From: a virus
Lineage: Duplodnaviria; Caudoviricetes
IMG/VR virus record: IMGVR_UViG_3300044513_002991
Coordinates: 1-31,868 of that record
DNA length: 31,868 bases
Reading direction: 5' to 3' (one strand)
The notes below the pieces were generated by a model. That model had not been told where the DNA came from, ran no database searches, and saw only the letters and a list, made by a program, of their open reading frames with translations. The first letter of the stretch is position 1. Every line of letters starts with the position of its first letter. The translations under genes were made by a program, and so were the position numbers. Shown here in pieces: positions 18,901 through 26,238 of the stretch.

Positions 18901-21900
18901 GATAATGGTGATGTTTATACTGTCAATTCTTATGATGAAGAAAGATTTACTTCTGACATTCCTTATCTTCCAAGTGGATTAAGGTCTTCAGATACTTTGG
19001 ACTTTAGACCAAGAGTTGCAAGATTCTCTTCAACAACTTCTTCACCATTTAGTTTTGCAAGTAGAACTTTTGGCACCTCTGGTATTAATCCAACTTTAGT
19101 TGTAGCACCATTAGAAAATTCTCTGATTGGTTATGACTTCTATCTCCCAAGAATTGATAGAGTGGTATTGGACAAGTTTGGAAACTTTAGTGTAATTAAA
19201 GGAGTTTCTTCACTCAATCCTAAGCTTCCAGTAAATGTAGAGGAAGCAATGGATATTGCAACTATTGAATATCCTGCATATCTCTATAATCCAGATGATG
19301 CAAAAATCACTCTTGTGGATAATAGAAGATATACCATGAGAGATATTGGAAAGATTGATGATAGAGTTACCAATCTCGAAACTCTTACATCACTTTCTCT
19401 CTTAGAGCTTGATACAAAGACATTCCAAGTTAGAGACATTGACGGATTTGATAGATTTAAGTCTGGATTCTTTGTCGATGACTTTAGAGATGTCCAAAGA
19501 CTTGATGCAAATCTTTCTGAAGTTAACATTGATACTGAAAATGGTGAAATGTTGACACCGATTGATTTCTATTCAATCAAACCAGAAATTGCGTTAGACC
19601 CATCTATTAATGTTGAGACTGCAGACTTCAGTTCTAATCTGAGACTTTTAGATTCCGATGTCCAGAAGACGGGTGATTTAATCACACTGAAGTATTCTGA
19701 AAAGTCCTGGATTGAGCAACCTTTGGCATCTAGAGTTGAGAATGTCAATCCATTCAACATGGTTGAGTTTATTGGAAGAATTTCTCTTTCTCCAGCATCA
19801 GATAATTGGGTAAGAAACATTTATGTGAATGGTGGTGAAAGGACAATCACCGGTGATTTTGATGGGTCTTATATTGAGACTGTTAAGATTTCTAGTGTCC
19901 CAGATACTCATATTCGCTCAAGAAACGTAGCATTTGTTGCTGGTGGTCTCAAACCACTCACAAGATACTATCCATTCTTTGATGGCACCAGCGGAATTGA
20001 TATAGTTCCGAAACTCATTGAAATTTCAATGACATCTGGAGTATTCCAAGCAGGTGAGACTGTCCAAGGTTTCATCGGTGGCACCAGACTGTTTAGTGCA
20101 AGAGTTGTCCAACCAAACCACAAGACAGGCACATACAATAGCCCTACAACAACATTCTCACTAAATCCATACAATAAATCACTAACACTTCCAACATCAT
20201 ATTCTGCATCTTCAACAGTATTGAATATTGATACTGAAGCACTGGCAGATGAGGTTGCTGGTAGATACAATGGATACATTACTACTGGTATGGTTTTACT
20301 TGGTCAAACCAGTGGTGCTCAAGCATCTGTATCCAATATCAGAGTTATCTCTGATACTTTTGGTGATGTTGGTGGAGCAATCTTCTTCAGAGACCCTCTT
20401 GCATCTCCATTACCACCTCTCAGATTTACAACTGGATCTAAGACCTTCAAGTTAACCTCAAGCTCAACAAATGCTGCTCCACTTCCAGGTAGTCTCCTGA
20501 TTAGTAGTGGTGAAACAACCTATAATACAAGCGGAATTGTAGATACCTACAGACAGACTAGAGTAATTGTAAGAAGACCTCCCCCACCACCACCGCCACC
20601 AGCAGCACCTGCTCGTGGAGGCGGAAAGGACCCACTAGCACAGACATTCACTGTCGATGAAACTGGTGCATTCTTAACATCCGTTGATTTGTATTTTGCA
20701 AATAAGGATGAAAATGAAAAGGTAACTGTAGAATTAAGAACTGTTGAGTTGGGCACACCAACCAGTCAGTTGGTAGAAGACTACGCAAGAGTTACTCTTG
20801 CTCCATCTCAGATTAACACCTCTACAGATGGATCCGTAGCAACTAAAGTTACTTTCCCATCACCAGTTTATCTGCAACCAGATACTGAGTATGCATTGGT
20901 AATTCTGTCACCAGCATCTAATAACTATGAAACTTGGATTGCTAGAATGGGTGAAAAGACTGTAAATACAACTACACTTCCAGATGCCGAAAGTGTTATT
21001 GTTACCAAGCAGTATATTGGCGGAAGTCTCTTTAAGTCTCAGAATGGCACAATCTGGACACCAAACCAGTTTGAAGACCTGAAGTTTAAACTTTACAAGG
21101 CAAACTTCACAAGCACTACTGGAACTGCATACTTCTACAATCCAACTCTTGATACTAATGATGCATCTTCTAGACTTGATAGTGATGCAATCAGAACTTT
21201 ACCAAGAAAGTTAAAAGTTGGTATTACAACTACAACTACTCTCAACTCAACTCTCGTTGTTGGTAGAAAGGTTAGTGATACAACCTCTGCTACAGGTCCT
21301 CATGGATACATTGAGCAGGTTGGTGGTAGAGTAAATACGGTGACAAATTCAAGAGTTGGTGCTGGATATAGCGATGGCACTTTCACAATAGTCCCACTTT
21401 ATACAATTACTGGATCTGGTAGCGGTGCTCAGGCAACGGTAACATTCTCTGGTGGTCAACTATCTGGCACTCCAACTGTAACAACTGCAGGTAATGGGTA
21501 TGTCGTTGGTGACATTCTTGGAATTACTACCAGCAGTGTTGTAAAAGGAACTGGTGCTCAAATTTCAGTAGAAGCCATTAATGGATTTGATACACTGTAT
21601 CTTACAAATGTCCAAGGTGAAGAGTTAACTGTTGGACAAGACTTGGTTGTCTATAATGGACTAACTGCAGTCTCCTTTGCAAATACAGATATTACATCAT
21701 CAGCAACTATTAACTCTCTGTATGATGGTAGAGTTATTGAAGTTACTCAGTATAATCACGGAATGCACGCTGATAACAATGTTATCACACTTGCAAATAT
21801 TGACCCCAATACTATTCCAACAACATTAGATGCCGCACTCGGTATTAATGATACTACAATTTCAGTAGCAAATACTTCCTTGTTTGCAACATTCGAAGGT

Positions 21901-23064
21901 ATCTCCACATCTAGTGGATATCTGAAAGTAAACAATGAAATTATTTTCTATAACAGCATTACCGCTGGTAGTGGTGGTGCTGGAACTTTGGGAATTGGTA
22001 CAAGAGGAATTGATAATTCAATTACCAGAGCACATATCATTGGTGATAAAGTTTATCCATATGAATTAAATGGCATTTCACTCACAAGAATTAATACCAA
22101 TCACAGTCTTCCAACAGATGCAACACTCAAAGCATCTGCAGACCTTGATAAGTATTACATTCAGGTTGGACGCGGATCTAGGGCGACTGGTGATACTCAA
22201 CTGAGTTTCACTAATGAAAACTCTGTTGGTGGTAAGAGTGCTTCCGCTTCCAGAAATGTCCAATATAATACAATTCTTCCGCAGTTTAATGTTATTACTC
22301 CAGGTGAAACCACAACTGTTTCAGCACAAATCAGATCTGTCTCTGGCACCAGTGCAGGTGGCGCTGAAGTTTCATTCATCGACCAAGGTTATGAGTCGGT
22401 TGAAATCAACAGTCAAAATGAATTAACATCAACAAGACTTGTTGCTTCAGAAAGAAATGAAACTACAAGACTTACAGACCTTCCAAAGAATAAGTCGTTT
22501 ACAATTGGTGTTAATCTGAATTCCTCAGATCCCAACCTTTCACCAGTTATTGATACTCAAAATGCTACCATAGTCTATGGTAGAAATAGATTGAATTCTC
22601 CAATTAGTGATTATGCAACTGATGGAAATGTAAATCTTGTTGAAGGTGACCCACATTCTGCAGTATATGTTTCCCAAAAAGTTTCTCTGCAGCAACCAGC
22701 AACATCTCTCAAGGTATTGCTTTCTGCTTATAGACACTCTTCCGCAGACTTCAGAGTTCTTTATCAACTCTTTAGAGTAGATTCTACTGGTGTTGAGCAA
22801 GCATTTGAATTATTCCCTGGTTATGATAATCTGCGTGATACTGATGATGATGGTTATGGTGATACAATTATAGATGTTACCAAAAATAGTGGTAGAGCTG
22901 ACGCTTTTGTTTCACCGAATAGAGATGGTGAATTCTCTGAATATCAGTTTAGTGTTGATGAATTGGAGCAATTCACTGGATTTAGAATTAAGATTGTTGC
23001 AAGTGGAAGCAATGAAGCGTATGCTCCTAAATTTAGAGACCTGAGGGTGATTGCACTGGCATGA
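15994..23064 (+). CDS. Large virion structural protein, VrlC/DUF4815-like
   Basis: 2356 aa; NLNISPYYDDF...RVLFKPG.PIQARELTTLQSILQNQ, APGADRLKI, RFKSGFFVDDF, DPLAQTF and GSLFKSQNG.IWT...EDLKF motifs; position after gp8 as in cyanomyoviruses. Confidence 0.82.
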   Translation: MPQKTNLNISPYYDDFDKYDNFYRVLFKPGFPIQARELTTLQSILQNQVEAFGSHVFKEGSMVIPGNISYDAEYYSVRINQEHLGIDVGAYANSLVGKRLRGETSDIVAVVDKYLAVSEADGITDITLFVKYLSSGTNNEIAYFTDGEVLITDDAFTYGNTPVSEGDTVATLVSQDACARGTSVSIGAGVYFIRGTFVDVAADKIILDAYTATPSYRVGLTISEELVTAKDDASLYDNAKGFSNYAAPGADRLKISTTLSKKSLTDYNDKTFVELLRIEDGEIKKLQNKSEYSIIKDYFAKRTYEESGDYSVGRFNIEVKESLNNGLSNEGVYTSLQKTDSGNTPSDNLLSVKVSAGKAYVRGYDIETSSTTVLDVEKPRDKKTVSQSLVPFEFGTLLRVNNVFGTPFIGINNNTNTVKLFSQRRNSTTSGTGVEIGEARIYSFSVTDAAYSNDSTEWDLYLFDVQTYVKLTVNESLSASQCPATSFIRGVSSGASGYVTTAASGSEITLTQTSGTFIDGEQLLINETTEVSRSVKSSKVYGIQDVKSIWQDASSFSGLSVDFVADTVLQKTLPKNFGIADRVRITTGGNVTSPGKFFTGIKTDTIIRYQIAGVTTETFNRVSAVSADGSSMTVVAVNDVFGVCDGGLPGSNQDVTFSIANPVVRENGGLYANIGSSDVASVSLSDSNLIVTKQITGETTDSSGSMTIPISSVGITSAFFESFDAERYGIFYSNGAIEDLTSDQFTLASGGDSVTISGLTASQSNVVVNATVKKNNIKNKKKEYTRSEKVSVTRTVSGVSTSTSGLTQNNFYGLRVEDKEISLNLPDAVKVIAVYESYNSSAPTLDSLEFPSGLGLDTNSILGERIVGRDNGAIAQIVTRSSATKVEVVYLNSNRFVVGEVVDFEESAITSTIQVVNVGSYQDITDKFYLNKGQREHYYDYSRIVRKGDGYIPSHQLLVIFDYYSIPTNDNGDVYTVNSYDEERFTSDIPYLPSGLRSSDTLDFRPRVARFSSTTSSPFSFASRTFGTSGINPTLVVAPLENSLIGYDFYLPRIDRVVLDKFGNFSVIKGVSSLNPKLPVNVEEAMDIATIEYPAYLYNPDDAKITLVDNRRYTMRDIGKIDDRVTNLETLTSLSLLELDTKTFQVRDIDGFDRFKSGFFVDDFRDVQRLDANLSEVNIDTENGEMLTPIDFYSIKPEIALDPSINVETADFSSNLRLLDSDVQKTGDLITLKYSEKSWIEQPLASRVENVNPFNMVEFIGRISLSPASDNWVRNIYVNGGERTITGDFDGSYIETVKISSVPDTHIRSRNVAFVAGGLKPLTRYYPFFDGTSGIDIVPKLIEISMTSGVFQAGETVQGFIGGTRLFSARVVQPNHKTGTYNSPTTTFSLNPYNKSLTLPTSYSASSTVLNIDTEALADEVAGRYNGYITTGMVLLGQTSGAQASVSNIRVISDTFGDVGGAIFFRDPLASPLPPLRFTTGSKTFKLTSSSTNAAPLPGSLLISSGETTYNTSGIVDTYRQTRVIVRRPPPPPPPPAAPARGGGKDPLAQTFTVDETGAFLTSVDLYFANKDENEKVTVELRTVELGTPTSQLVEDYARVTLAPSQINTSTDGSVATKVTFPSPVYLQPDTEYALVILSPASNNYETWIARMGEKTVNTTTLPDAESVIVTKQYIGGSLFKSQNGTIWTPNQFEDLKFKLYKANFTSTTGTAYFYNPTLDTNDASSRLDSDAIRTLPRKLKVGITTTTTLNSTLVVGRKVSDTTSATGPHGYIEQVGGRVNTVTNSRVGAGYSDGTFTIVPLYTITGSGSGAQATVTFSGGQLSGTPTVTTAGNGYVVGDILGITTSSVVKGTGAQISVEAINGFDTLYLTNVQGEELTVGQDLVVYNGLTAVSFANTDITSSATINSLYDGRVIEVTQYNHGMHADNNVITLANIDPNTIPTTLDAALGINDTTISVANTSLFATFEGISTSSGYLKVNNEIIFYNSITAGSGGAGTLGIGTRGIDNSITRAHIIGDKVYPYELNGISLTRINTNHSLPTDATLKASADLDKYYIQVGRGSRATGDTQLSFTNENSVGGKSASASRNVQYNTILPQFNVITPGETTTVSAQIRSVSGTSAGGAEVSFIDQGYESVEINSQNELTSTRLVASERNETTRLTDLPKNKSFTIGVNLNSSDPNLSPVIDTQNATIVYGRNRLNSPISDYATDGNVNLVEGDPHSAVYVSQKVSLQQPATSLKVLLSAYRHSSADFRVLYQLFRVDSTGVEQAFELFPGYDNLRDTDDDGYGDTIIDVTKNSGRADAFVSPNRDGEFSEYQFSVDELEQFTGFRIKIVASGSNEAYAPKFRDLRVIALA

Positions 23065-23291
23065 TGAGAGTTGAAGGTCATAAGCACCTGTTTCGTGAAG
23101 ATTCAGGTGCTATTGTAAATACTGATACACACCAATATAATGAATACATTAGAATGAGGTCTGAAAGGAAAAAGCAGAGAGAAGAAATAGACGGTCTAAA
23201 AAACGATATTAGTGAAATCAAATCCCTACTTATGGAGATCATCAATGGACCCAGACACGATTCAACTAGAAACAATGACCAGAATGTTTGA
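23061..23291 (+). CDS. Small conserved hypothetical protein with C-terminal coiled coil
   Basis: 76 aa; ATGA overlap with the upstream stop; VEGH..L.R..SGAIVNTD followed by a heptad segment (EIDGLKNDISEIKSLL). Confidence 0.8.
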   Translation: MMRVEGHKHLFREDSGAIVNTDTHQYNEYIRMRSERKKQREEIDGLKNDISEIKSLLMEIINGPRHDSTRNNDQNV

Positions 23292-23430
23292 ATACGAAAA
23301 ACATTCAAGGCTCATTGATGAATTGAATATTGACGAATTGAGAAATTGTGCAAAATCTTATTGCAAACTTTATTTGAAACAACAAGAAGTTGTCGGCAGT
23401 TTTGGTCGTCTTGATTCTGGTTTGACATAA
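23245..23430 (+). CDS. Putative NblA-like helix-loop-helix protein (phycobilisome degradation adaptor-like)
   Basis: 61 aa from ATG 23245, with GGAG RBS at 23234-23237. LETMTRMFEYEKHSRLIDELNIDELRNCAKSYCKLYLKQQ fits the size and pattern of NblA-like proteins. ORF is well supported; function is inferred. Confidence 0.55.
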   Translation: MDPDTIQLETMTRMFEYEKHSRLIDELNIDELRNCAKSYCKLYLKQQEVVGSFGRLDSGLT

Positions 23431-23433
23431 ATA
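23426..23433 (+). promoter_or_regulatory. T4-type late promoter (CATAAATA)
   Basis: Overlaps the stop codon of the upstream ORF; 22 nt before ATG 23456. Confidence 0.78.
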
Positions 23434-23455
23434 GTTCCAAAGATACCCTTATAAA

Positions 23456-23797
23456 ATGGCGGTCTACGTTAGTAATATTGTCATTAACACTGGAACCACT
23501 TTCAACCAAAGTTTTACTTTGGAGAATATAAACACGAATTCCGTTATAGATTTGAGTAACTATACTATCAAATCTGAAATGAGAAAGCATCCAGGAAGTG
23601 CAACTGGAGTGACAACATTTACCAGCACTATAGCATCAGCTGCTGGTGGTGTTGTAACGATTGGACTCAGCACAACACAAACAGCATCACTTAAACCTGG
23701 ACGCTATGTTTATGATGTTTTATTGACTGACAATTCTGGTGTTAGAGATCGTGTTGTTGAAGGTATGGTAATCGTAAGTCAAGGAGCAACTCGCTAA
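23456..23797 (+). CDS. Small virion structural protein, probable beta-sandwich (fibre-attachment-like)
   Basis: 113 aa; G.TFNQSFTL...IDLSNYTIKSEMRKH...GVVTIGLSTTQTASLKPGRYVYDV...RVVEG.V.VS.GATR pattern recurrent in T4-like cyanophages. Confidence 0.75.
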   Translation: MAVYVSNIVINTGTTFNQSFTLENINTNSVIDLSNYTIKSEMRKHPGSATGVTTFTSTIASAAGGVVTIGLSTTQTASLKPGRYVYDVLLTDNSGVRDRVVEGMVIVSQGATR

Positions 23798-24033
23798 TGT
23801 CAAACATTAGAGTTAGAGTAGGTCAAAGACAAGGTGTTAAGATAGTAGCATCAAACAAAGCTGGAGCATTTTCTATTGCAGCTTCAACAGATGTTAATAG
23901 TGATGCTAGAGCAGATAATACTATTTTAATGTTTGATTCAGCAACTGGCAAATATATTCATGTTACTCCTGCAGATGTTGTCGATTTGGTTGATGGTGTA
24001 GAGGATGATGAAGTTGATTTTGGTGAGTGGTAA
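23797..24033 (+). CDS. Small hypothetical protein, probably fibre-associated
   Basis: 78 aa; TAATG overlap; DV...ADNTILMFDSATGKY motif typical of fibre repeats; acidic tail ending VDFGEW. Confidence 0.72.
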   Translation: MSNIRVRVGQRQGVKIVASNKAGAFSIAASTDVNSDARADNTILMFDSATGKYIHVTPADVVDLVDGVEDDEVDFGEW

Positions 24034-24050
24034 CAGAAAGAAATAAATCA

Positions 24051-24058
24051 ACTAAATA
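24051..24058 (+). promoter_or_regulatory. Variant late promoter (ACTAAATA)
   Basis: Intergenic, 25 nt before ATG 24084; retains the TAAATA core. Confidence 0.6.
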
Positions 24059-24083
24059 AGTATAAAAGGAAAAGTAGTTAGAA

Positions 24084-25952
24084 ATGGCGACTCCTGTATT
24101 ACAGTTTAAAAGAGGTGCCTTTAGTAATCTGCCAGCGTTGAAAGCAGGTGAGCCTGGTTTTACGACTGACAAGTTTGATTTATATGTTGGTTTAGATAAC
24201 GTATTAGCAAACAATAAGTTTGTTGGATCACATAGATACTGGACACGAGAAACAGCATCTTTAGGTAGTGGTGTTAATCTTGTAGAGAGCACCAGTGGCA
24301 CTGATTTTATAACTCTTGCATCTCCAGCATCGCTATCTGGAATTACTACTTATACTTTCCCAGCAACTCCAACAAACGGAGCATTCTTAAAGACCAATGG
24401 TAGCGGTACTTTAGAATGGTCTACTCAAATTGACAATCCTACATTTAATAATGCCAATCTAACTGGTATCACTACTATTGGTGATACTAATTTGGATGTC
24501 AATGCTAGCGCAGTTGATTTTGCTGGTATCGTCACTTTTAGTAATACAACTCAATCTACTGATAAAGACACGGGTGCTGTTGTAGTAGAAGGTGGAGTTG
24601 GTATTGAAAAGAATTTGAGTGTTGGTGGTGCTACCACTATCACCGGAAACTTGTTTGTTGGTGGAACATCAGAGTTTATTGGTGTTGTAACTTTCCGTGG
24701 CGGCACAATTAATCTTGGTGATGCAGACACCGATGATATTAATGTCGCTGGTGAATTTGTATCAAATCTGATTCCAAATGTTGACAATACATTTGATATC
24801 GGTCAAGGCACGGATCCAAAGAGATGGAGACATGCAAACTTTGCTGGTGTAGGTACGTTTGCTACAGGTGCAGTTGCTGATGCTATTCAGATTGGAATTA
24901 GCGGCGCTTCTGAGATTGACACTTCATCTGGAAATCTAACACTTGATTCTGCTGCTGGAACAGTTATCGTTGATGACCAGTTAAGTGTAACTGGAGTTTC
25001 AACATTCACTGGGGTTGCAGACTTCAATGGTGGAGCAACCATTGACAATATTCAAATTGGTATTAGCGATAATAATGAGATTGACACTTCTACTGGAAAT
25101 CTTACATTAGATTCTGCTGGTGGTACTGTTATCGTTGATGACCAATTAAGTGTTACTGGTGTATCCACATTCACGGGCGCTATTGATGCGAATGGTGGAG
25201 CCACAATTGACAACATCCAGATTGGAGTTAGTGGTGATAATGAAATTGATACATCGACTGGTAACTTAACACTTGATTCTAATGGTGGCACAGTTACTGT
25301 TGATGATAATCTGAATGTTACTTCAGGAAATACATTATCACAGGCAGATTTAACTCAGTTTGATGTCCTTGTTGCAGGTGCAGCTGGAGCAGTTAATGAT
25401 AGTGGTGGCAATTTAACATTCAATAGTAATGTCCTTACTGTTGTTAACACAATTGATGTTACTACAGTTGAAGTAACAAACGTCAAAGCAAAAGACGGTA
25501 CAACTTCAATTACTATTACTGATGGTAATGGTAATGTTGGAATTGCTAGTGACCTCACAGTTAGCGGAAAACTGACTGTATTAGGATCTCAAACTGAGGT
25601 AAACACAGAAACACTTCTAGTTGAAGATAGTCTGATTGAAGTTGGTCTGATTAACAGTGGTGGAAGTCTTGTACCACCAACTGCAGATGCAAACATTGAT
25701 GTTGGTCTTATTTTACATTACTTTGATACTGCTGCTAGAAAAGCTGCTGTCTATTGGGACGACTCAGTAACAAGAGTTGCTATTGCTTCTCAAGTATCAG
25801 AATCTTCAAGCGTATTAACTGCTGCAGCATATGCCGCTCTTGAAATAGGAGCACTTTGGGTCAATGATTGTGCTGGTCAATCCCAAGTTATTTCTTGCAC
25901 AGGATCCGAAAGATTCCTTGAGAATATCACGATTGATGCTGGATCATTCTGA
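24084..25952 (+). CDS. Tail/collar fibre-like protein with internal repeats
   Basis: 622 aa; N-terminal LQFKRG...L.AGEPGFTTD..DLYVG fibre-anchor-type motif, GAVVVEGGVGIEKNL.VGG beta motif and three 55-aa repeats. Confidence 0.75.
   Translation: MATPVLQFKRGAFSNLPALKAGEPGFTTDKFDLYVGLDNVLANNKFVGSHRYWTRETASLGSGVNLVESTSGTDFITLASPASLSGITTYTFPATPTNGAFLKTNGSGTLEWSTQIDNPTFNNANLTGITTIGDTNLDVNASAVDFAGIVTFSNTTQSTDKDTGAVVVEGGVGIEKNLSVGGATTITGNLFVGGTSEFIGVVTFRGGTINLGDADTDDINVAGEFVSNLIPNVDNTFDIGQGTDPKRWRHANFAGVGTFATGAVADAIQIGISGASEIDTSSGNLTLDSAAGTVIVDDQLSVTGVSTFTGVADFNGGATIDNIQIGISDNNEIDTSTGNLTLDSAGGTVIVDDQLSVTGVSTFTGAIDANGGATIDNIQIGVSGDNEIDTSTGNLTLDSNGGTVTVDDNLNVTSGNTLSQADLTQFDVLVAGAAGAVNDSGGNLTFNSNVLTVVNTIDVTTVEVTNVKAKDGTTSITITDGNGNVGIASDLTVSGKLTVLGSQTEVNTETLLVEDSLIEVGLINSGGSLVPPTADANIDVGLILHYFDTAARKAAVYWDDSVTRVAIASQVSESSSVLTAAAYAALEIGALWVNDCAGQSQVISCTGSERFLENITIDAGSF
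24885..25322 (+). repeat. 165-bp (55-aa) tandem coding repeat, about 2.7 copies
   Basis: Units begin at 24885, 25050 and 25215 (IQIG.S...EIDTS.GNLTLDS..GTV.VDD.L.VT), exactly 165 nt apart. Confidence 0.92.
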
Positions 25953-25976
25953 TAAATAACGAATAACTTATAAATA
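25951..25976 (+). promoter_or_regulatory. Tandem late promoters (GATAAATA 25951-25958; TATAAATA 25969-25976)
   Basis: Two consensus matches with starts 18 nt apart in the gap after the fibre gene. Confidence 0.8.
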
Positions 25977-25978
25977 TG

Positions 25979-26003
25979 GGTAGGAGCAATCCTACCTCTT
26001 TTT
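25979..26003 (+). terminator. Rho-independent terminator-like hairpin
   Basis: GGTAGGA-GCAA-TCCTACC: perfect 7-bp stem with a GNRA tetraloop, followed by TCTTTTT. Confidence 0.8.
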
Positions 26004-26013
26004 GTATCTTGAT

Positions 26014-26238
26014 ATGACTGAAAACGATTATAAAAATTTTATTACAGTTTATCAACAAAAATCTTCCGATTTTTTTGCACAAACAGTTGCTCTTGAAGCA
26101 AGACTGATGAGTTCAAATCAGTTGATTGAAGCATTGACAAATAAAGTCAATGAGCAAAAGGAGGAGATTGAAAAATTAAAAGCAAAAAATACTAGAAAAA
26201 CTACAAAAACAGATAATTCATCTTCTGAGGAATTCTAA
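26014..26238 (+). CDS. Small coiled-coil hypothetical protein
   Basis: 74 aa from ATG 26014 (the ORF track's TTG 26002 lies in the terminator U-tract); heptad-like LEARL...IEALTNKVNEQKEEIEKLK; TAATG-coupled to gp13. Confidence 0.75.
   Translation: MTENDYKNFITVYQQKSSDFFAQTVALEARLMSSNQLIEALTNKVNEQKEEIEKLKAKNTRKTTKTDNSSSEEF

Noticed and set aside
2089-22426. Short alternative-frame + strand ORFs inside gp6, gp7, gp8 and the VrlC-like gene
   Set aside because: Leu/Met-rich frame-shifted readings without RBS or motif support; the main frames are uninterrupted.
2551-23064. Inteins, introns or homing endonucleases explaining the giant ORFs
   Set aside because: No intein-like C...HN/C-S-T boundaries and no LAGLIDADG, HNH or GIY-YIG motifs noticed; size is explained by repeated beta modules. 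Inspection was by eye only.
24885-25322. Possible CRISPR array or diversity-generating retroelement TR/VR pair
   Set aside because: The repeats are in-frame 165-nt coding units differing mainly at synonymous positions. There are no spacers, no adenine-specific variation and no reverse transcriptase or cas gene in the window.
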